A DNA stretch of 64,000 nt from an uncultured Bacteroidota bacterium (GTDB lineage: Bacteria > Bacteroidota > Bacteroidia > Chitinophagales > Chitinophagaceae). Positions 48,352 to 58,622 of the stretch are shown here, piece after piece (within the stretch, counting starts at the first letter, position 1; each line of letters opens with the position of its first letter). The stretch covers positions 5,722-69,721 of the forward strand of contig CAVRBD010000007.1 of the NCBI GenBank assembly GCA_963718975.1, read 5' to 3'. A program made the translations under genes and the position numbers. A model generated the notes under the pieces. It did no database searches. It was not told where the DNA came from and worked only from the letters and a program-made list of their open reading frames with translations.

Positions 48352-49221
48352 TTAATAAAATCTCGCAATCCAGCTTCGCTTAAAAATTTCTCCTGCGTTC
48401 AATTTATTGATGCCTTCTTTATCAACGAGTTTTTGATTTGCGCTCACGCTGTCGGCAATTCCGCACCAGGGCTCGATACAAACAAAATCGGCATTTTTAG
48501 CAGCCCAGATGCCGAGATAAGGGAAATCGCCAAAATCAAAATCAAGGCCATGAGAAGACTTATCAGTTTTTAAAGAAACAATTGAAGACGTAAGGTTTTT
48601 GAGCACAAGCGCATCTTTCGAAAATAAATCTTTGCTCAAACGTAAAATATTTGTTTGTTGCAAAAGCGGTATTGGTGCGGTTTCTATCAGGCCATCTTTT
48701 GAAATAGGCCAACGTGGTTTGGTTTCTTCTTCATTAAATTCAAGATAATAATCTTCGTAATTTGTTTCACCTGTTAATGGTGTTTTAAAAGCAGGATGGC
48801 CACCAATTGAAAAGTACATTTCATGATTTGAAATATTGCTAACGTTATAGCTCACACGTAAATTATTTTCCTGCAATGCATATATTATCCTTAGCTCAAA
48901 TTCAAACGGGAAATTTTCGAGCGTTGTTTCACTGCTATTCAAAAAAAATGTTATTGAATCATTTTCCAATTGCGATGCTTCAAACTCCATACCTCTCGCA
49001 AAACCATGCCTGCTTAAATGATATTGTTTGTTGTCATAGTAGTAGGTATCTTCTTTTAATGTTCCGACAATCGGGAATAATATTGGCGATCTTTTTGCCC
49101 AAAAAGCCGGGTCGCCATTCCAAAGATATTCCAGCTGGATTTTTTTGTTATAAATGCTTTGCAGCTCCGCTCCCTTTGAACTAATGATAATTTTCAGTTC
49201 TTCATTTTCGATAGTAAACAT
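48352..49221 (-). CDS. Aldose 1-epimerase family (LacX-like)
   Basis: GAELQS, W...SPILFP.VG, HGFAR, FSIGGHP, FVCIEPW. Confidence 0.88.
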   Translation of the reverse strand: MFTIENEELKIIISSKGAELQSIYNKKIQLEYLWNGDPAFWAKRSPILFPIVGTLKEDTYYYDNKQYHLSRHGFARGMEFEASQLENDSITFFLNSSETTLENFPFEFELRIIYALQENNLRVSYNVSNISNHEMYFSIGGHPAFKTPLTGETNYEDYYLEFNEEETKPRWPISKDGLIETAPIPLLQQTNILRLSKDLFSKDALVLKNLTSSIVSLKTDKSSHGLDFDFGDFPYLGIWAAKNADFVCIEPWCGIADSVSANQKLVDKEGINKLNAGEIFKRSWIARFY

Positions 49222-49467
49222 ACATTCAAATTTATGTTGCAATATTAGCCATTTAGGGATATGGGCATTCACGTAGAATTGCTGATTTTTTAAAGTATAC
49301 AAGCGGAAAGCAATAATTTGTTAGCATTAAAAATCTAACAGTTATTGTTATGTGAAAAAAAATTTAATCCTTTTCAAAAAACATCGCATTTTTCCTTTTA
49401 ACAAAATTTATAGCCTTTGGCATATTTGAGCACCTGAAATTGCATATTGATTTTCTACATTAGCGTT

Positions 49468-50721
49468 ATGTTACGTTTCCTTGAAATAATAAGCACAAGC
49501 CTTAAAATGGCACTGCAGGAATTCCGCTCCAACAAGCTGCGCACATTTCTTTCTTTGCTTGGAATTACGTTTGGCATTTTTTGTATCATCAGCGTTCTGT
49601 CGACCATTAGCAGCATGGAAACGGCTATACAAAACGACCTTAAATCGCTTGGCTCAAGCACCACTATATTTATTGACAAATGGGAATACCGCGATGACGA
49701 TAATTATCCCTGGTGGAAATTTATTAAGCGGCCTGTGCCCAAATATGAAGAAATGAAATTGGTGAAGCAGAACGTTCCGATACTTGCCGACGCTACATAC
49801 ATTATTAATTCAAATGCAAACCTTGAATATGCCGACAATATTTTAACCAATTTAAATTATTGGGGTGTCACTGAAGATTTTTCAAAATCGCAAAGCATTC
49901 AAATTGCCGAGGGGCGCTATCTTCAGCAATCTGATTTTGATAAAGCTGAAAATTCAATTGTGATGGGATTCACGCTTGCAGAAAAATTATTTGGCAAGCC
50001 TGAAAAAGCGGTTGGCAAAATTGTGAGCCTGAAAAATGATAAAAGAGCAATCGTAATTGGAGTGATAAAAAAGCAAGGGCAAAGCATGATCGATATGTGG
50101 GATTATGACAACAGCATATTTATGTCTTACACGTTCATGAAGCAAATGTTTACCTATGAAACAGGCAACGGAAGAATTATTGTGAATGGCAAACCTAATG
50201 TTACGCTCGCAGATCTGAAGGGCGAATTAACAGGCACCATGCGCTCGATACGAAAACTGAAACCCACTGAAGACGATAATTATGCATTGAACGATATACA
50301 GGCATTTAGCACACAGGTGCACGAATTGTTTGGCAACGTAAGTATTGGCGGATGGGCTATTTCCATTCTTTCGCTTATTGTTGGAATGTTTGGTGTAGCC
50401 AATATTATGTTCGTGACTGTTCGCGAGCGAACCAGCCAGATAGGCCTGAAAAAAGCCATTGGTGCAAAGCGCAGCACCATTGTTATGGAGTTTCTTCTTG
50501 AGTCGGCATTTCTTTGCATTATTGGCGGATTGATCGGCTTGTCGGCCGTTTTAATTCTTGCGCAAATATTTTCCGCTATTTTAGATTTCAAAGTTTTTGT
50601 GGCGGCAGGCACCATTGCAATGGCAATTGGCATCTGTCTTTTTGTAGGAATTGCTGCTGGCATTATACCTGCGCTCATTGCAGCACGCATGGATCCTGTT
50701 GTGGCCATCAGGACAAAATAA
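49468..50721 (+). CDS. MacB/FtsX-like ABC transporter permease
   Basis: LRTFLSLLGI.FG, V.VRERT.QIGLKKAIGA, MDPVVAIR. Confidence 0.9.
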   Translation: MLRFLEIISTSLKMALQEFRSNKLRTFLSLLGITFGIFCIISVLSTISSMETAIQNDLKSLGSSTTIFIDKWEYRDDDNYPWWKFIKRPVPKYEEMKLVKQNVPILADATYIINSNANLEYADNILTNLNYWGVTEDFSKSQSIQIAEGRYLQQSDFDKAENSIVMGFTLAEKLFGKPEKAVGKIVSLKNDKRAIVIGVIKKQGQSMIDMWDYDNSIFMSYTFMKQMFTYETGNGRIIVNGKPNVTLADLKGELTGTMRSIRKLKPTEDDNYALNDIQAFSTQVHELFGNVSIGGWAISILSLIVGMFGVANIMFVTVRERTSQIGLKKAIGAKRSTIVMEFLLESAFLCIIGGLIGLSAVLILAQIFSAILDFKVFVAAGTIAMAIGICLFVGIAAGIIPALIAARMDPVVAIRTK

Positions 50722-50773
50722 TCAATAAAACATTTTTGTAAAGCAAAGTGTTAATGATTTCGTAAATTAGCCC

Positions 50774-52018
50774 ATGTTCCGCTATTTTGAAATCATTGGT
50801 TCAAGCTTTAAAATGGCATTGCAGGAATTTCGTTCTAATAAGCTGCGTACATTTCTTTCATTGCTTGGTATCACATTCGGTATTTTTTGTATCATCAGCG
50901 TGCTTTCAACTATAAACAGCATGGAAGCAGCTGTGCAACACGATATACAATCGCTGGGCAGCAAAACAATTTATGTTCACAAATGGGATTATACTTCCGA
51001 TGGCATGTGGTGGAAGTATATTAAAAGACCAATCGTGAAGCCTGAAGAAATGGTTTTGCTCCTTGAGAAAGTTCCTTCTATTTCAAATGCCGCATATGTG
51101 CTGAACACGAGCGACAACATGGAATATGGCGACAATATTTTAACGAACTTAAATTATAATGGCATCAGCGAGGGTTTCAAAAATATACAAACTATTGATG
51201 TGAGCTTCGGCCGCTATTTTCAACAGTCTGATTTTGACCGCGGCGCCAACAATATTGTTATCGGCAATACGCTTGCTGAAAAGCTTTTTGTAAAACCTGA
51301 AAATGCAATCGGCAAAGTTGTTCGTTTAAAAAATGAGAAAGTGGCAGTTGTAGTTGGTGTAATGAAAAAACAGGGCCAGAGCCTGATGCAAATGATGGAT
51401 TACGACAACGCGATAATGATGCCTTATCAGTTCTTCAAACAAATGGAAAGAGCAGAATCAACTTGGGACCCTATTATTATGGTTCAGGGAAAACCTGATG
51501 CTAATGTGGATGAATTAAAAGATGAGCTCACAGGCGCAATGCGCTCTATACGAAAATTAAAACCAACACAAGAAGATAATTACTCGTTGAATGACATCGA
51601 ATCATTCAGCAAATTTATGCACGATATTTTCAGCAACCTTAGCCTCGGAGGTTGGGCAATCACCGCACTTTCGTTAATTGTTGGGATGTTTGGTGTGGCA
51701 AATATTATGTTTGTAACAGTTCGGGAAAGAACCGGGCAAATCGGGCTAAAAAAAGCAATCGGCGCAAAGCGCGGCACAATCATGATGGAGTTTCTTCTTG
51801 AATCTGCATTCCTTTGTATTATTGGCGGATTGATTGGTTTGTTCGCAGTTTTAATACTGGCACAAATATTTTCTGCCATGTTCAGCTTCAAAGTATTTGT
51901 ATCCGCAGGAACCATTGCATTTGCTATCGGTATCTGTTTATTTGTTGGTGTTTTGGCTGGTATTATTCCTGCATACATCGCAGCAAAAATGGATCCTGTT
52001 GTTGCCATCAGAAGCTGA
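50774..52018 (+). CDS. MacB/FtsX-like ABC transporter permease, tandem paralog
   Basis: Same motifs as the preceding gene. Confidence 0.9.
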   Translation: MFRYFEIIGSSFKMALQEFRSNKLRTFLSLLGITFGIFCIISVLSTINSMEAAVQHDIQSLGSKTIYVHKWDYTSDGMWWKYIKRPIVKPEEMVLLLEKVPSISNAAYVLNTSDNMEYGDNILTNLNYNGISEGFKNIQTIDVSFGRYFQQSDFDRGANNIVIGNTLAEKLFVKPENAIGKVVRLKNEKVAVVVGVMKKQGQSLMQMMDYDNAIMMPYQFFKQMERAESTWDPIIMVQGKPDANVDELKDELTGAMRSIRKLKPTQEDNYSLNDIESFSKFMHDIFSNLSLGGWAITALSLIVGMFGVANIMFVTVRERTGQIGLKKAIGAKRGTIMMEFLLESAFLCIIGGLIGLFAVLILAQIFSAMFSFKVFVSAGTIAFAIGICLFVGVLAGIIPAYIAAKMDPVVAIRS

Positions 52019-52076
52019 TAAAATCTATTTCTGATTTTTAATTAAAAATTAATTCTTCCAATCTTTAAAATAAAAA

Positions 52077-52104
52077 ACCTGTCAGGTTTTGAAGCCTGAC
52101 AGGT
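52077..52104. repeat. REP-like perfect 10-bp hairpin between convergent genes
   Basis: acctgtcagg-ttttgaag-cctgacaggt. Confidence 0.75.
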
Positions 52105-52127
52105 ATAAATAATAACAACCAATATTT

Positions 52128-52643
52128 TTATTGAATATGAAATTCAACAAGATTGTCTCCCCACATCAATGAAACTTTACCGTCTTTGCTAATATCAAAC
52201 ATCATGCGCTCCGCGAACTTTGGGTTTTTCATCCCTTTTACATTTACCCTTAATGCATCAGCAGCTTCTGAATAATTTGTTCCCCATTGATTCCAGGTTT
52301 TATTAAAAATAATCGTCCAGTCGCTGCCGTTAGCGATTGAATACAAACTATATTTTCCTGCTGGCAAAGTTTTTCCTTCAATTTTTACATCTTTGTTTAT
52401 TTCAAAAACAGTTGCTTCATTGGCACCTGTGCGCCAAACCTTGCCCGGCATGGGTTCCAGATCTTTGCCAATTGTTCTGCCTTTTACCGCAGGCTGGCTG
52501 TAATCAATGCTCACCATGGTACCGCTGGCAGTAGTGCCGTTTGCTTTTGCAGGCGGGCTTGGGCGTTTCGATTTGTCTTCTTTCTGCGCGCAAGCTGTGA
52601 GCGCAACAAATGCAATCGGCAATAAAAATAATAGCTTCTTCAT
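52128..52643 (-). CDS. DUF2911 domain protein
   Basis: RPSPPA, IDYSQP.VKGR, WRTGANEAT, L.AGKYSLY. Confidence 0.85.
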   Translation of the reverse strand: MKKLLFLLPIAFVALTACAQKEDKSKRPSPPAKANGTTASGTMVSIDYSQPAVKGRTIGKDLEPMPGKVWRTGANEATVFEINKDVKIEGKTLPAGKYSLYSIANGSDWTIIFNKTWNQWGTNYSEAADALRVNVKGMKNPKFAERMMFDISKDGKVSLMWGDNLVEFHIQ

Positions 52644-52692
52644 ACGTCTGATTTTAATTGTTTAAAATGAAAAGCAAAGTTAGGGATTGTTT

Positions 52693-53196
52693 TCAGCCAG
52701 GTGTTTTAAATCTGTTAAAGATTGGCTCCATCAAACTGCCAATTTGTTTATCGTATATGAGCGCAGAAAATTTTTCCCAGGGATACCATTTGAAATAAAA
52801 ATCATAATAATATTGAACGGCTACATTCCCTGGTTTTCCTTCCAGCAGAATAAAACCTCCGCTAAAATTTTTCCCATTTAATTGCGACCAGTCTGTTTTA
52901 ATTGAATCTGGTTTGCTGTCTGTGATCACAATGCTTAGCTGATCTGATTTCATGAGCGCTGCATAACCAAAAGACGGGTCTGAATATATTTTATTTGTCA
53001 GCGATGAAGTTTCTGTGAATTGGTTCCATTTGTCCCAGGTTTTCAAATCGTTGATCGCAGCAAAAACTTTTTCTTTTGAAGCATTGATATCAACTGCACG
53101 CGAAATGCGGATATGCGAAGGAATAAAACGGGAAATGCCGAGCAAGATGAGGAACAACACAACGATACTGATGATGATGAGCCTTATTAATCGCAT
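52693..53196 (-). CDS. SRPBCC / polyketide-cyclase-like protein
   Basis: ISR..DINA..EKVF..INDL..W.KWN. Confidence 0.65.
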   Translation of the reverse strand: MRLIRLIIISIVVLFLILLGISRFIPSHIRISRAVDINASKEKVFAAINDLKTWDKWNQFTETSSLTNKIYSDPSFGYAALMKSDQLSIVITDSKPDSIKTDWSQLNGKNFSGGFILLEGKPGNVAVQYYYDFYFKWYPWEKFSALIYDKQIGSLMEPIFNRFKTPG

Positions 53197-53308
53197 AAAC
53201 AGTTTATGATTTGTGATTTTTTTCCAGAAAAAATTTGATAATCAATGATGCAAGATAAATTTCGTTTTGGATTTCCGGTATGATGCTGAAGCTGAATTAT
53301 ATTCTACT

Positions 53309-53360
53309 GTACAAGAGAGCGACACAACGATGTTGAATAGCGAACAAATGACCATACAAA
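53309..53360 (+). repeat. Dispersed ~60-nt repeat, copy 3
   Basis: gtacaagagagcgacacaacgatgttgaatag. Confidence 0.65.
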
Positions 53361-53399
53361 CAATTTTTAATTAGTAATTATTAATTAATAATTGTTTAC

Positions 53400-54506
53400 T
53401 CATTCCCATTTGAAAACCTTAATAGCCGTGGCATACACAACAATTCCCCAAATTGCTAGTATGCCGATCTGCTTGCCGCAATCTGATAAATGTGCGCCTT
53501 CAAAAGCAATATTGCGCATGGCATCATTCAATTGTTTGAGCGGCAAAATTTCGCAAACTTTTTGTAGCCATCCCGGAAATGCTTCTGTTGAAAAAAAAGT
53601 GCCGCCCAATAAAAACTGGGGCATTGTGATAAGGTTTGCAAATGGCGGGATGGAGCTTTCATTTTTTGCAACGCTGCTGACGATAAATCCAAAACCCATA
53701 AATATGATGAGGCCGAACAAACTAAGAATAATCATTTCGATGAAAGTCATGAACCCATGAACGAGCGTGAATTTAAAAATGAAATGGCCGATGAGTATGA
53801 TCACAATGGCGGTGAGCAATTGAAATGCAACGCGGCTGATGCCTTCGCCGAGCACAATGTAGCCGCGGCTGATGGGCGTTGAATAAAATCGCTTCAGCAC
53901 CAATTGCTGGCGAAGATTAAAAAACAAAAATGCAACGCCGAAAATTCCTGCACTCAATAATGAAAAGCCGAGCATGCCTGGAAGAATAAAATCAATCATC
54001 GTATACTCGCGACCGTTAATTTCAGGAAGCTCGCCAACACTTATCAACCGATATTGTTCAGGCACTACTTTTTCTTCAATGGTCTGAATAGTTTGCGACA
54101 GCGCCATTTTTAATATCGGATATTTATCTGCACTGGCAGTTGATGTTAGCAACTGAAGTTTATATTGCATAAAACCAGCAGCAGATTTTGTTGAATCGAT
54201 GGAAATCATTGCTGCTGTTCTTCCCTTCTCCAGATTTTTTATTATTTCATTTGTATCAGTAACGGGCGACAATTTAATAATAGGCGAATGCTGAAGCGCT
54301 TTGATGACATAATTATTTGAATCGCTTTGATTTTTTAAAGCAAATGTTACCGAAGTTCCGCCACCGCCAATAAACCCGAACACAAGAATAAAAATCAAAG
54401 GGAAACCAAAACTAAAGACAACTGCCGAAGGGCTTCGGAAAATAGCGCGAAAACTTGCTTTGGAAATGGCAAGCATGGCACGAACCTGGCTATATTGTTG
54501 AGTCAT
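53400..54506 (-). CDS. ABC-2 type transporter permease
   Basis: DFILPGMLG, LKRFYSTP, LGGTFF. Confidence 0.88.
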   Translation of the reverse strand: MTQQYSQVRAMLAISKASFRAIFRSPSAVVFSFGFPLIFILVFGFIGGGGTSVTFALKNQSDSNNYVIKALQHSPIIKLSPVTDTNEIIKNLEKGRTAAMISIDSTKSAAGFMQYKLQLLTSTASADKYPILKMALSQTIQTIEEKVVPEQYRLISVGELPEINGREYTMIDFILPGMLGFSLLSAGIFGVAFLFFNLRQQLVLKRFYSTPISRGYIVLGEGISRVAFQLLTAIVIILIGHFIFKFTLVHGFMTFIEMIILSLFGLIIFMGFGFIVSSVAKNESSIPPFANLITMPQFLLGGTFFSTEAFPGWLQKVCEILPLKQLNDAMRNIAFEGAHLSDCGKQIGILAIWGIVVYATAIKVFKWE

Positions 54507-54590
54507 GTTTTATTGGTGATTAGTTTGCAAAATTAGCGTGTTGGCTTATTGAAATTTCAAATTTTCTTTTTAAATATTTATATTGTAAGC

Positions 54591-55046
54591 ATGAAAGAGC
54601 TTATTGAATCTTTTCAGATAAATAACCGCATTCACTTTTATTTGCTGGATGCAATTGATGATTCACATTTAAGCGATCAATCATCATCAAAAGGAAGAAA
54701 TGTTGCAGAACAATTTGCGCACATACATAATGTACGTTTAATGTGGCTGAAAGCAGCTGCTCCCGAATTATTGAAAGATGTTGAAAAAATAGACAAAGAA
54801 AAAATCACGAAAAAATTATTAAAAGACAGTTTGACCAAATCTGGCAATGCAATTGAAAAATTATTGGAGCAATCATCTGCAACTGGAAAAATCAAAGGCT
54901 TCAAACCTCATGCAAGTGCTTTTGTCGGCTATCTTATTTCGCATGAATCGCATCATCGCGGGCAAATTATGCTGTGCTTAAAACAATCGGGCCATGCAGT
55001 TGACAAAAAAATTCAGTTCGGTATTTGGGAATGGGGCGTGCGCTGA
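54591..55046 (+). CDS. DinB family protein
   Basis: FAHIHNVR...ISHESHHRGQ. Confidence 0.85.
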   Translation: MKELIESFQINNRIHFYLLDAIDDSHLSDQSSSKGRNVAEQFAHIHNVRLMWLKAAAPELLKDVEKIDKEKITKKLLKDSLTKSGNAIEKLLEQSSATGKIKGFKPHASAFVGYLISHESHHRGQIMLCLKQSGHAVDKKIQFGIWEWGVR

Positions 55047-55052
55047 ATCGTG

Positions 55053-56807
55053 TCACTCTATCACAAAATCAAATGGCAACCTTGCTTGTGTTTTGCCGAC
55101 CATGTCTTTTAAATTTTTAATTGACATATAAGTTCTGTACCCATCTTCACCAAGTTCTTCTTTCATTGCTTTCATGCTCACAGATTTTTTATAGTGGCCC
55201 AATAACAAATCCAAAAAACTTTTTGGCTCAGGATATTCAGTTAATCTGTAGTCAGAAACTTTTGCCATCCTTGCTGCGCAATCAATCGCATTTTGCAAAC
55301 CTCCAAGCTCATCAACAAGGCCAAGCTGCAAGCCTTTCGCGCCAAGCCAAACCCTGCCCTGCGCTATGCTGTCAACATATCCAATATCTTTTTTTCTTCC
55401 ATCTGCCACGCGAAATTTAAACGTGTGATAAATGCTGTCGACATCATTTTGAAAATATCGTTTCTGCATATCCGTTAGTGGTTTGCTGATGGAAAGCTCA
55501 TCGGCATCGGGAGCAGTTTTCACACCATCAAACGTAATCCCTAATTTGTTCTTGAAAAATTTTTGCATGTTCGGTAAAATGGTAAAAACCCCAATTGAAC
55601 CTGTGATGGTATTCGGCTCTGCAAAAATGCTATCAGCATTGCACGACATATAATAACCGCCTGATGCAGCAACATCGCCAAAGCTGATGATGACAGGCTT
55701 TTCTTTTCTTGCAATCGTTATTTCCCGCCACATATTTTCACTCGCCATTGAACTGCCACCGCCGGAATTGATACGAAGCACAATGGCTTTAATATCCTTA
55801 TCCAGCCTTGCTTTGCGGATGTAACCACGATAAGTGCTTCCGCCGATCTGATCGTTATTCCCTTTGCCGTCAACAATATCACCTTCTGCATAAATGAGCG
55901 CAATTTTTGAGCTTCCGGATTTTTTAAAGTTCACGGAGCTTTCATATTTCCCTATCGCCACAAAATTGATCATATCGTATTTATCGATTTTCAATTTATC
56001 TTTCATCTCATTCTTAAGTTGGTCATCATATTTCAATCCATCTACCAATTTATATTGCAAGGCATCAGATGCGAATTTGATCAGGTGTTCATTCACGCAT
56101 TTTCTTAATGTAGCTGTATCTAAATCTCTCTCAAGCGCAGTTGACGTTAATAATCTTTCATACAATTCATTCAGCAATTCTGTAAGTTGAATGCGATTTG
56201 CATCTGTCATTTTTTCTTCGCGAAGCGGTTCTGTTGCGCTCTTGAATTTTCCGGCATAAAAAATCTGCGGTTCAATTTCAAGTTTGTTCAATGCTTCTTT
56301 CAGAAAAGTTTCTTCAATGGAAAAACCTTTCCAGTCAACACCGCCTTGAGGATTGCAATAAATTTTATCGGCAACATTTGCCACATAATATGCTTTTTGA
56401 GGGATCACATCACCATAAGCATAAATAAATTTTCCGCTTTTTTTGAAATCTAATAATGCAGAACGGATTTCTTCGCTTGTTGCAAAACCATTATTGTTGG
56501 CGCCGCATTTAATATAAATGCCTTTTACTGACGAATCTGATTTTGCATGATTGAGCAATCGGATAACATCATACAAACCGGGAACATCATATTGGTCGTC
56601 AGTTCCCAAATCCGCCAGGGGGTTGTCTTGTTTTTGTTCATGAAATTGTTGGCTAAGATCAAGCACCAGTAGCGCTTTGCTGCCTGTTTCACTTTTCTTG
56701 GATGAAGTAATTCCGGCAATTATTCCGGCGAACACAAAAATCAAAATCAAACCTGTAACAACAAATGCAAGCAATGCTGCAAAAAACATTTTTAAAAAAC
56801 TACCCAT
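55053..56807 (-). CDS. sppA: Signal peptide peptidase SppA (67K type)
   Basis: GKFKSATEP, LRINSGGGS, AASGGYY, TGSIGV. Confidence 0.93.
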   Translation of the reverse strand: MGSFLKMFFAALLAFVVTGLILIFVFAGIIAGITSSKKSETGSKALLVLDLSQQFHEQKQDNPLADLGTDDQYDVPGLYDVIRLLNHAKSDSSVKGIYIKCGANNNGFATSEEIRSALLDFKKSGKFIYAYGDVIPQKAYYVANVADKIYCNPQGGVDWKGFSIEETFLKEALNKLEIEPQIFYAGKFKSATEPLREEKMTDANRIQLTELLNELYERLLTSTALERDLDTATLRKCVNEHLIKFASDALQYKLVDGLKYDDQLKNEMKDKLKIDKYDMINFVAIGKYESSVNFKKSGSSKIALIYAEGDIVDGKGNNDQIGGSTYRGYIRKARLDKDIKAIVLRINSGGGSSMASENMWREITIARKEKPVIISFGDVAASGGYYMSCNADSIFAEPNTITGSIGVFTILPNMQKFFKNKLGITFDGVKTAPDADELSISKPLTDMQKRYFQNDVDSIYHTFKFRVADGRKKDIGYVDSIAQGRVWLGAKGLQLGLVDELGGLQNAIDCAARMAKVSDYRLTEYPEPKSFLDLLLGHYKKSVSMKAMKEELGEDGYRTYMSIKNLKDMVGKTQARLPFDFVIE

Positions 56808-56870
56808 GAGCCTTCATTTTTAAATAACCCCAAAAATAAAGATATTTGACCGCCTGAAAATACACAATCC

Positions 56871-57350
56871 ATGAACAAGGCATATTTACTGATAGGAGGC
56901 AATGAAGGCGACAGGCTGAACTATTTACAGCAGGCGCGGGATTACATCGCTGTTTTTTGTGGAGAAATTATACTGCAATCGGCCATTTATGAAACGGCAG
57001 CCTGGGGCAATGCCAGCCAGCCAAATTTCCTGAACCAGGTTTTATTGATTCACACTTCACTTGTGCCCGAAGTGCTGATGAGCAATATATTGATTATTGA
57101 AAGAAAAATGGGCCGCATTCGCCATGAAAAATATGGATCCCGAACCATTGACATAGATATACTTTTTTATAATGATGAAATCATAGACCTCCCTGAATTA
57201 AAAATTCCTCATCCCGAAATACAGAACAGAAAATTTGTGCTTGTACCAATGAATGAAATTGCGGGCAGTTTTATTCACCCGGTCTTCAAAAAAAATATAC
57301 GGCTTTTATTAGAAAAATGTGAAGACAAACTTGATGTGAAGAAATTCTGA
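56871..57350 (+). CDS. folK: 6-hydroxymethyl-7,8-dihydropterin pyrophosphokinase
   Basis: YETAAWG, FLNQV, RTIDIDIL, IPHP...R.FVL. Confidence 0.93.
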   Translation: MNKAYLLIGGNEGDRLNYLQQARDYIAVFCGEIILQSAIYETAAWGNASQPNFLNQVLLIHTSLVPEVLMSNILIIERKMGRIRHEKYGSRTIDIDILFYNDEIIDLPELKIPHPEIQNRKFVLVPMNEIAGSFIHPVFKKNIRLLLEKCEDKLDVKKF

Positions 57351-57390
57351 ATATAGTTTCGGGCAATTCGTATTTCTTTGTGGTGAAAGG

Positions 57391-57867
57391 CCACTGAGAA
57401 CCCCAGAGACAATTGAGAGCCGCAGAATATTTTTTACAACAAACCTTATAATATGGAAATAAATAAGATTACTGAAACTATTATCGGCTGTGCGATTGAA
57501 GTGCACAAACAATTAGGCCCAGGGCTTTTAGAATCTGCTTATGAAACTTGTCTTTTTTATGAAATATCAAATGCTGGTTTACATGTTCAAAAACAAGTTG
57601 GGATGTCATTGGTTTATAAAGAAATCAATCTTGAACAAGGTTATCGTTTGGATATGTTAGTGGAAAATTGTGTTGTTATTGAAGTGAAAATGGTGGAAGC
57701 AATAAATGATGTGCATATTGCACAAACGTTGACATATTTAAAATTATCAGGAGCAAAAATTGGATTGATACTTAATTTTAATGTATTGAAATTAACAGAT
57801 GGAATAAAGAGATTGATTGCCCGCAATTAACTCCGCGGTTCTCATTTATCTCTGCGGTTCTCTGTGG
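57391..57867 (+). mobile_element. Putative mini mobile element: 36-bp inverted repeats enclosing a GxxExxY gene
   Basis: Left 57391..57426 versus the reverse complement of right 57832..57867: 30/36 identical by hand. Confidence 0.6.
57453..57830 (+). CDS. GxxExxY protein (PD-(D/E)XK-like nuclease)
   Basis: LGPGLLESAYE, YRLDMLV, IEVK, Q..TYL. Confidence 0.92.
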   Translation: MEINKITETIIGCAIEVHKQLGPGLLESAYETCLFYEISNAGLHVQKQVGMSLVYKEINLEQGYRLDMLVENCVVIEVKMVEAINDVHIAQTLTYLKLSGAKIGLILNFNVLKLTDGIKRLIARN

Positions 57868-57876
57868 GCTAGTAAC

Positions 57877-58509
57877 ATGAACTATCACTATATCACTATT
57901 GAAGGAAATATCGGCGCGGGCAAAACAACGCTCGCTCATTTACTTGCAAAACATTTTAATGCAAGATTGATATTGGAACAATTCGCCGACAATCCTTTTC
58001 TTTCAAAATTTTATGAAAATCCGAAGCAATTTGCTTTTCCGCTGGAGCTTTTTTTTATGGCAGAAAGATATAAGCAGTTGAAAGAATTGGTGCATACAAA
58101 AGACATGTTTCAGAATGTTACCGTTTCGGATTATCTTTTCACCAAGTGTTTGCTGTTTGCCAAAGTGAATTTGCCTGATGACGAATTTCGCCTTTACCAA
58201 AAATTATTTGAAATTATTTATCAGCAAATGGTGCGGCCGGATATTGTAATTTATTTACATTCGCCTGTTAGCAGGCTTCAGGCCAATATTAAAAAAAGAA
58301 ATCGCAGTTACGAACAATCTATTCCTGATTCCTACCTCTTCGAAATTCAGGAAGCATATACAAGTTATATCAAACAGCACAATCTCAAAACCATTTATAT
58401 CGATGCGTCAAATGCAGATTTTCTTGGCAACAAAAAGCATTTAAAAGTTGTGCTTGATGCACTTGAAAAAGATTATGAATCAGGCCAACATTATTTTGTT
58501 TTGCCGTGA
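57877..58509 (+). CDS. Deoxynucleoside kinase
   Basis: IEGNIGAGKTT, FMAERY, RNRSYE. Confidence 0.9.
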   Translation: MNYHYITIEGNIGAGKTTLAHLLAKHFNARLILEQFADNPFLSKFYENPKQFAFPLELFFMAERYKQLKELVHTKDMFQNVTVSDYLFTKCLLFAKVNLPDDEFRLYQKLFEIIYQQMVRPDIVIYLHSPVSRLQANIKKRNRSYEQSIPDSYLFEIQEAYTSYIKQHNLKTIYIDASNADFLGNKKHLKVVLDALEKDYESGQHYFVLP

Positions 58510-58620
58510 GAGGGTTTAAGGTGTGAGGTATAAGGCGTAAGCAATACAATGGATGCCACGCCCTAAACCTTCCAGCTACACCACTCTTCAAACCTTAAGC
58601 CTTAAACCCTAAACCTCTAA
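58507..58620. repeat. Heptamer inverted repeat
   Basis: agggttt aaggtgt gaggtat aaggcgt ... caaacct taagcct taaaccc taaacct. Confidence 0.75.
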
Positions 58621-58622
58621 AA

